Assembly (NCBI GenBank): GCA_040754455.1
Contig: JBFMCP010000004.1
Span: forward strand, 38,919-102,918
From: Nitrospirota bacterium
GTDB lineage: Bacteria; Nitrospirota; Thermodesulfovibrionia; Thermodesulfovibrionales; Dissulfurispiraceae
Direction of reading: 5' to 3'
DNA: 64,000 bases
This document shows, one piece after another, positions 58,098 through 64,000 of the stretch. A program made the position numbers and the translations under genes. Positions within the stretch are counted from its first letter, which is position 1. The number at the start of each line of letters is the position of its first letter. Below the pieces are notes generated by a model, which saw nothing but the letters and a program-made list of their open reading frames with translations, was not told the DNA's origin and did not search any database.

Positions 58098-58478
58098 TCA
58101 GCCTTTTCCACAACACACTGTCTTGCCCTTGATAGAGACTATTTTATCCTTTGAGTTCTTCCCCTTGAGGAATGCCTCAAGTCTTTTTTTGTCCTCTCGA
58201 ACATCACTATCCGAAATCCTCTCGAGCACCGAAAGAATCAAAAACCGCTTGAACATATCTGAATCGTTTATGCTGTAGTGAATCCATTTGCCCTGTTTAC
58301 GGTCCCTGATCAATCCCGCCTCTTTCAGGATTTTGAGATGGAACGATATCTTTGGTTGAATCGTATCGAGGGAGGCGACAATATCGCATACACAGAGCTC
58401 TCCACGTTCCAGAATCTTTAGTATCCTGAGCCGCGTATCATCGGAAAGCGCCTTGAGGGTATTCAATACATCTTGCAT
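58098..58478 (-). CDS. arsR: ArsR/SmtB-family metalloregulator
   Basis: LKALSDDTRLRILKILERGELCVCDI (ELCVCD As(III)-binding motif), wHTH. Confidence 0.9.
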   Translation of the reverse strand: MQDVLNTLKALSDDTRLRILKILERGELCVCDIVASLDTIQPKISFHLKILKEAGLIRDRKQGKWIHYSINDSDMFKRFLILSVLERISDSDVREDKKRLEAFLKGKNSKDKIVSIKGKTVCCGKG

Positions 58479-58482
58479 AGCG

Positions 58483-58722
58483 CTAAACCTCTCCCTTGAT
58501 CAATTCCTTCACTTTCTCGGGGCTCGGCAAGGGCTTTCCCGAATGCTTCAGCTTGCCGTTGACCACGAGGCCCGGCGTCGACATTGTATATTTCAAAATC
58601 TCCTGCATATCCGATATCTTTTCGACCTTTGCGTCGATACCGAGTTCCTTAACAGCCGATTTTGCCATCTCTTCCATCTTGTGGCAGTTAGCGCAGCCTG
58701 GTCCCAAAACCTTAATTTCCAT
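58483..58722 (-). CDS. Thioredoxin-fold redox-active disulfide protein 2 (TM0996/MTH895 family)
   Basis: MEIKVLGPGCANCHKMEEMA... (79 aa). Confidence 0.85.
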   Translation of the reverse strand: MEIKVLGPGCANCHKMEEMAKSAVKELGIDAKVEKISDMQEILKYTMSTPGLVVNGKLKHSGKPLPSPEKVKELIKGEV

Positions 58723-58753
58723 TGTCAGTCCTCCCTTTCATAAAAAGTGTAAT

Positions 58754-59215
58754 TTATGAGCAGCACTCATTTTTACATTTGCAGACATTAAGTTTCATCT
58801 CCTGAGCATTCGTACCGGCAGTAGAGCCTAAGGCTGCCTTGGAAATCGCCTCGACCAGCATCTGCTCGGGTACTGACTCGTAGACTTTTCCATCATAGAT
58901 AAAGGTATTACAATTCGATGCCTTCCCTGTCAGAGCGGAACAGGAGGGGCAGGAGGTCATCTGCGGCCTCTCTTCGCCGAGGATTTCCATAAGATCTTTC
59001 CCGTCTATGCGAATGGTATTGGACAGGTGCAACTGCTCAGCTCCCAGTGCAATTTCTCTCAGTTCCAGGTCGATCCCTGCTGGTTTTAAAGCAAAGCGCA
59101 TATCCTCAACGACTTTCTTCACCACTCCTGCGCTCTCTCCGCACCTGCAACAGGTCGTGCCTTCCTTTACATACCGATACCATTCGATGATTATTTTTCT
59201 CTTCTCGTCGTTCAT
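58754..59215 (-). CDS. DUF2703-family Cys-rich protein
   Basis: IIIEWYRYVKEGTTCCRCGES ... SCPSCS ... VYESVPEQMLVEAISKAAL. Extra Cys-rich tail CKCKNECCS. Confidence 0.65.
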   Translation of the reverse strand: MNDEKRKIIIEWYRYVKEGTTCCRCGESAGVVKKVVEDMRFALKPAGIDLELREIALGAEQLHLSNTIRIDGKDLMEILGEERPQMTSCPSCSALTGKASNCNTFIYDGKVYESVPEQMLVEAISKAALGSTAGTNAQEMKLNVCKCKNECCS

Positions 59216-59234
59216 TTGTTAATATCCGTTCTCC

Positions 59235-60186
59235 TTATAGAATTGCATTAAACAGATAGCCGACTGCTATGATGGTTACCGTCATTATCCCGACAAAAAC
59301 ACCGAGAAGCTGAACCTTCAAGACCTTCCGCAGGATAATCATTTCAGGCAGCGATAATGCCGTCACTGCCATCATGAATGCAAGTACCGTTCCCACGCTG
59401 AGCCCCTTTTCCATGAGCGCATAGACAATCGGTATCACCCCGGCTGCATTGGAGTAAAGGGGCACGCCCAATGCGACCGCCACGGGGACGGCGAAGGGAT
59501 TCTGCGGACCGGCGTAGTGGACTAAAAAGTCCTGCGGCACATAGCCGTGGATGAATCCGCCTATGCCGATAGCTATAATGATGTAAAGCCATACCTTCTT
59601 CAAGATATCAACGGTGTTCCACTTCGCATATGCCAGTCGCTCCTTGAAGGCCTGTTTTATCACTTCTTGTCCCTGTCCGGTGTGAATCTTGTAGACATAC
59701 TCCTCAACCCACTTTTCTAGTCTAAGCTTTCCAATGATGAGTCCTCCGAAAATAGCGACAAGAAGCCCTGTCCCCATATATATTGCCGCTACTTTCCATC
59801 CGAAAAGCCCGAACAGCAGGACGACGGCCACCTCGTTCACCATAGGTGATGAAATTAAGAATGAGAAGGTCACCCCGAGCGGAACCCCTGCCTCGACGAA
59901 TCCGATGAATAAAGGAACCGCAGAGCAGGAGCAGAAGGGAGTGACGACGCCGAGCAATGCGGCGAGGATATTACCTATAAACTCTTTTTTATGAGAAAGG
60001 ATCTTCTTCGTCCGTTCCGGGGGGAAATAGCTCCTGATGACCGAGACGATGAATATAATGACCGAAAGGAGAAGAAAAATCTTGAGCGTATCGTATATGA
60101 AAAACTCCAGAGCGTCGGCCAGGCGCGAACCGTGCTCCAACTTCAAAGTCGTGTAAGTGACATATGCGGCAAAGCTCTTCAGCATG
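59235..60186 (-). CDS. Permease of the DUF318/ArsP family
   Basis: VTPFCSCSAVPLFIGFVEAGVPLG signature, multi-TM. ATG at 60186 with a GGAGG RBS preferred over the track start at 60224. Confidence 0.8.
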
Positions 60187-60313
60187 TAATTTCCTCCTTC
60201 GTCTGCATGAACATATATAAACAAAAATTGATATGAATGTCAAGGGGGGAAAGCCCCGTGCTGATTGTGCATACCTTGCTATTTTTTTATCTAAATGATA
60301 ATAATGAGTCTAT

Positions 60314-61432
60314 ATGCTGCTGACCGAGCCCTACTATCTTTTTGCGTTGAACCTTCTTTTAGGCGCCGTCCTCGGTGCCGTTTTTTACAAGTCCGATTAT
60401 TGTATGGCCGGCGTGTTCAGGGATGTGTTCCTGTTCAAACAGTACTCCCTGCTCAGGTCGCTTCTTCTCCTCCTGGTGATTTCAATGGCGTTATTCTACG
60501 TGGCCCGAACGGCGGGCCTTGTCACGTTTTACCCCCCTCCGACCTATACGTATCCATCACTGGCTACCCTTTTCGGCGGAGTGGTGTTTGGTATGGGAAT
60601 GGTTTTGTCGGGCGGCTGCGTCGTTAGTACACTCTATAAAATGGCGGCCGGCAATCTGACCAGCCTCGTAGCGTTTGCAGGCATTATTGCAGGATCCCTT
60701 ATGTATGCCGAGTCCCATCCGTTCTGGGAGTCTTTTCGTCAGCGTACTGTAATTGCGACCCGGATGTCCTTATTCGAGAAAACGCCCGATGTCGAAATGG
60801 TCGTTGTAACAGCCATGACCATCGGCTTTCTGGTGCTCTTTGTGAAATGGATGCGGCAGGATAAATGGAGGATCGATGCGTTTGCTGAGGGATACCTGCA
60901 ACCATGGAAGGCGGCGATCATCATTGCCATCGTAAATGTTCTGGCGTATATCTTTTCAGGGTGGCCCATCGGTATCACCACGGCGTATGCGAAATTGGGG
61001 GCCTATATTGAAAATATTTTTATTCCCTCTCGTCTTGCAACGCTGGCATATTTTAACCAGGATTCTGTAGTAGTCCCTCTGTCTGGAAGCATCATCAGCG
61101 GCGGCGCAGGTCCCAGGGTCGATGTCATATCTTTTACCGAACTGCCTCTTGGTATCGGGATTGTCGCAGGAGCATTTTTTACATCGGTACTCCTGAGAGA
61201 ATTCAAAATATACGGACTGCCCCCGAGAAGGCAGCTTATGGCCGCTCTTGTGGGTGGAATGCTTATAGGATTGGGCACAAGAATCGCAAAAGGCTGTAAT
61301 ATAAAATTTATCTTGGGAGCGCTGCCGCTTTTTGCCCTGCAGGGGATTGTATTCTTGTTCGGCATGGTCGCCGGAACATATGTTGGCGTTCTACTGTTGA
61401 AGAGGATAGTGTTCGAGATAAAGGGGGAGTGA
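60314..61432 (+). CDS. YeeE/YedE-family sulfur (thiosulfate) transporter
   Basis: Multi-TM with three Cys-containing loops (KSDYCMAGVFRD, LSGGCVVSTLYK, RIAKGCNI), typical of YeeE. Confidence 0.8.
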   Translation: MLLTEPYYLFALNLLLGAVLGAVFYKSDYCMAGVFRDVFLFKQYSLLRSLLLLLVISMALFYVARTAGLVTFYPPPTYTYPSLATLFGGVVFGMGMVLSGGCVVSTLYKMAAGNLTSLVAFAGIIAGSLMYAESHPFWESFRQRTVIATRMSLFEKTPDVEMVVVTAMTIGFLVLFVKWMRQDKWRIDAFAEGYLQPWKAAIIIAIVNVLAYIFSGWPIGITTAYAKLGAYIENIFIPSRLATLAYFNQDSVVVPLSGSIISGGAGPRVDVISFTELPLGIGIVAGAFFTSVLLREFKIYGLPPRRQLMAALVGGMLIGLGTRIAKGCNIKFILGALPLFALQGIVFLFGMVAGTYVGVLLLKRIVFEIKGE

Positions 61433-61434
61433 AA

Positions 61435-61683
61435 ATGTCAGAGAGAAAGACCATAGACCTCAACATACTGGGACAGGTGTGCCCTGCCTGTCTGCTTGTC
61501 GCCATCAAGGAGATGAACAATAATCGTAACGAGTTGAAGAGCGGCGAGGCCGAGCTTGTCATAAAGACGGACCACCGGTATGCAACGAGAACAATCCCAG
61601 ATTCTGCAAAAGCCATGGGATTTAACGTCGATATCAAAAAAGAAGAAACCTACTACGAAATAAAGATAAGTAAAAGACAATGA
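61435..61683 (+). CDS. TusA/SirA-like sulfurtransferase (YeeD-like)
   Basis: IDLNILGQVCPACLLVAIKEM (CP active-site motif). ATG at 61435 after a GGGGGAG RBS. Confidence 0.8.
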   Translation: MSERKTIDLNILGQVCPACLLVAIKEMNNNRNELKSGEAELVIKTDHRYATRTIPDSAKAMGFNVDIKKEETYYEIKISKRQ

Positions 61684-63377
61684 CCCCTGAGCCGGAAGAC
61701 AACAGCCCTTCGCCGAATACTCCGCAAAATGACGATCATGAATTGCAGGAGACCAACCGGCGCTATGCAACATACATCAGGGAAAAGGTCAACCAGCTTC
61801 TTCAGGTGATCGGAACGCTCCCCCTGAGCCCAGAAGAACTGGATGACGATACCCTGCTCGACCTCGACCCCATCGGTATTGTAGCGGGTTCATTCGAACA
61901 GATACTCGAATACCATAAGGAGATTATTACCGAGCTTCGTATGGCCCGCGACGAGCTCCAGGCCATATTCGATGCTACCGGTGTAGGAATCTCCATTATC
62001 GATAATGACTTCAGAATTATTAAGTGCAACGAAAAGCAGAGGGAGCTTCTGGTCGATAAGGACATGCACGATATTACCGGCAAATACTGTTACGAGGTCT
62101 ATTGCAATAAAGAGTCGCCGGGGCTTGACTGTCCTGCGGTTGACACCTTGGCGACAGGCAGATCAGTCATTATTCGTGAGGTTGAGAAGAAGGGGAAGCA
62201 TTTTCAGATAGTAACCACCCCGTTCAAGGACGGCGAGGGCGGCGATGTTGGAGTCATAGAGGTTCTGCTCGATATAACGGAAAAGAAGCGGGCCGAGGAT
62301 GCGGAGAAGGAACAGAGGGGCTTCTACCTGACTGAGAAATCGAAACTTGCCACTATCATCCAGAGCCTGTCAGACGGGCTTTTTGTTACCGACAAAGAGG
62401 GGACTGTTGTGTCGTTCAATAACGCCGCGCAGAAGATAACAGGCTATTCCGAAACGGAAGCGGTCGGCATGCCATATGAGAATTTTTTGGCTATGCTTGC
62501 TCAAGGGACTGCGGGAAACCATATCAGCGGCAAGGATTTCAGGAATACCGAGTTGACCGTTCTCACAAAGGATAAACAGCAGCTTGTCCTTTCCCTTACG
62601 TCAGCCCTGGTGAAGGACAGCGAGGACAGGGCGATAGGGAAGGTTTTTACCTTCAGGGACGTCACCGAAGAAAAGCAGCGGCAGGAGGTCTATCACCGGA
62701 CCGAAAAATTGGTTGCCCTGGGCCAGCTGTCTGCCGGAATAGCCCATGAGCTGAATACTCCTCTGGGGAATATCCTGGGATACGCGCGCCTCATGATGAA
62801 AGACAAAAATCTGTCATCTCTTCAGAAGGAACGGCTGGAGATCGTTGCTGAACAGGCAAAAAAGAGCAACGCCATCATAAAGGACCTTTTGAGTTTTGCG
62901 CGGCAATCGAATCCTGCCTTGAGAAATATAAGAGATGTCGATATCAACGCCATCGTGACCGATGTGTTGAGAATACTCAGAACCGAGACGGAAAAACACG
63001 GCATCAGCGTGCATGCCGGCCTGGGAAGTCTGTTGACGATAAAGGCAGACGCCAGACAAATAGAGCAGGTGATACTCAATATCGTGCTCAATGCCATCCA
63101 GGCCATTGGGGATAACGGGGAGATATGGGTGAAGACAGCCTGTAAAGACAGGTCGGTGATCATCGAGATCAAGGACAATGGCCCTGGCATTCCTGATGAG
63201 GTCAAACCAAGAATTTTCGATCCTTTCTTTACTACAAAGCCGGTGGGCAAGGGAACAGGACTCGGGCTCTCAATATGTGCAGGGATAGTCAATGAGCACG
63301 GCGGATCGATCGATGTAGAAAGCAGAGAGGGCAAGGGGACTACTTTTACTATCGCCTTGCCGGTCCATAATTCGTAA
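61680..63377 (+). CDS. Cytoplasmic histidine kinase with two PAS domains, the first Cys-rich
   Basis: No TM segment. PAS1 carries C116, C137, C142 and C151 (KCN...GKYCYEVYCNKESPGLDCPAV). PAS2 follows, then H-box AHELNTPLGNILG and G-boxes DNGPGI and GTGLGLSIC. Confidence 0.85.
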   Translation: MTPEPEDNSPSPNTPQNDDHELQETNRRYATYIREKVNQLLQVIGTLPLSPEELDDDTLLDLDPIGIVAGSFEQILEYHKEIITELRMARDELQAIFDATGVGISIIDNDFRIIKCNEKQRELLVDKDMHDITGKYCYEVYCNKESPGLDCPAVDTLATGRSVIIREVEKKGKHFQIVTTPFKDGEGGDVGVIEVLLDITEKKRAEDAEKEQRGFYLTEKSKLATIIQSLSDGLFVTDKEGTVVSFNNAAQKITGYSETEAVGMPYENFLAMLAQGTAGNHISGKDFRNTELTVLTKDKQQLVLSLTSALVKDSEDRAIGKVFTFRDVTEEKQRQEVYHRTEKLVALGQLSAGIAHELNTPLGNILGYARLMMKDKNLSSLQKERLEIVAEQAKKSNAIIKDLLSFARQSNPALRNIRDVDINAIVTDVLRILRTETEKHGISVHAGLGSLLTIKADARQIEQVILNIVLNAIQAIGDNGEIWVKTACKDRSVIIEIKDNGPGIPDEVKPRIFDPFFTTKPVGKGTGLGLSICAGIVNEHGGSIDVESREGKGTTFTIALPVHNS

Positions 63378-63387
63378 TGGGGGGCAG

Positions 63388-64000
63388 ATGAAAAAGCCCG
63401 AGATACTCGTTGTCGATGATGACATGAGGATGCGGCAGCTTATCAGCGATGTGCTCAAAGAGGACGGTATCGTTCCTCTTCTGACCGATGACAGCAGGGA
63501 AGCGCTCAGGATCATTGACAACCGGACTATCGATATCGTCATCACTGACCTGAAGATGCCCCATGTCGATGGCATTGGAGTGTTGGCGCATGCAAAGGAA
63601 GTCAATCCTGATACGCTTGTCATCGTCGTTACCGGCTATGGCACCGTTGAATCGGCCATTGAGGCAATGAAGAAAGGCGCATACGACTATATTCAGAAGC
63701 CCTTCGAGCCTGATGAGTTCCTGATGCTTTTCAGAAGGGCGCGGGAGCATGTTCATCTGGTGCGTGAGAACAGGCAGCTCCTGAGAGAGATAGAGGGATG
63801 TAAATATGACGAAATTATCGGGACGAGCAAGGCCACCTCTGATGTAAAGGAGCTGATCGCCCGCATCGCGCCCTTTGATACGACGGTCCTCGTACAAGGC
63901 GAGACCGGCACCGGCAAGGAACTGGTGGCGCGGCTCATTCACGAAGGCAGCAAGAGAAGGAATAAGCGGTTCCTTCCGGTCAACTGCGCCGCCCTCTCAG
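63388..64000 (+). CDS. Sigma-54-dependent response regulator (5' part; runs off the window)
   Basis: Own translation MKKPEILVVDDDMRMRQLISDVL...DLKMPHVDG...IIGTSKATSDVKELI...VLVQGETGTGKELVARLIH...FLPVNCAALS. Not in the ORF track because there is no stop in the window. Confidence 0.9.
   Translation, partial: MKKPEILVVDDDMRMRQLISDVLKEDGIVPLLTDDSREALRIIDNRTIDIVITDLKMPHVDGIGVLAHAKEVNPDTLVIVVTGYGTVESAIEAMKKGAYDYIQKPFEPDEFLMLFRRAREHVHLVRENRQLLREIEGCKYDEIIGTSKATSDVKELIARIAPFDTTVLVQGETGTGKELVARLIHEGSKRRNKRFLPVNCAALS

Noticed and set aside
60277-60305. Sigma-70-like promoter (TTGCTA-N17-TAATAA) immediately upstream of yeeE
   Set aside because: The hexamers and spacing are acceptable. But the predicted start would fall within a couple of nt of the ATG (a leaderless mRNA), and there is no corroborating evidence. 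It is mentioned only as a possibility.

Overview
Contiguous bacterial chromosomal segment, densely coding on both strands and mostly housekeeping. All family calls come from reading motifs in the supplied translations; no database search was run. The gene content (many sigma-54 two-component systems, DUF507, FmdB, multiheme cytochrome, CcdA/thioredoxin) suggests an anaerobe of the Nitrospirota or Thermodesulfobacteriota type, but that is a guess.

Gene order:
- clpA (partial)-clpS, an FmdB zinc ribbon, hfq, guaB-guaA, ispA-dxs-tlyA.
- An ornithine-decarboxylase-like gene plus speE.
- A CIRCE-controlled hrcA-grpE-dnaK-dnaJ operon, then rsmE.
- Class I fumarate hydratase (two subunits), a very large CBS-PAS-GAF-GGDEF protein, uspA, der.
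- hisI, HIT, NUDIX, proA, nadD, then rpsF-ssb-rpsR followed by two DUF507 genes.
- A thiol/arsenic-type cluster (ArsP-like permease, DUF2703, ArsR, Acr3, thioredoxins, CcdA).
- YeeE/TusA.
- Five histidine kinase / sigma-54 (NtrC-family) response regulator pairs are spread through the window.

No rRNA, tRNA, CRISPR array, transposase or intact prophage or defence island was recognised.

Most interesting observations:
1. At least four sequence flavours of long, imperfect palindromic intergenic repeats recur throughout the window. Their arms are built from degenerate short-period units. The AT-rich GCAAAAT family has at least 7 copies, including inside operons.
2. Two sigma-54 regulatory modules can be read straight from the DNA. 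One is a ZraSR/ZraP-like envelope-stress module. The other is a PhnD-like binding protein, a kinase with a periplasmic CxxCH motif, and an NtrC-like regulator next to divergent sigma-54 promoters. Those promoters drive a CheY-like gene and a secreted roughly 8-heme cytochrome.
3. An orphan PilB/GspE-type ATPase carries four N-terminal MshEN-like motifs.
4. A YeeE-TusA sulfur-uptake pair is fused in an operon to a Cys-rich PAS kinase and a sigma-54 regulator.

I did not find a convincing wholly new multi-gene system such as a defence system. The repeat families and the heme-sensor/cytochrome regulon are the best candidates for something undescribed.
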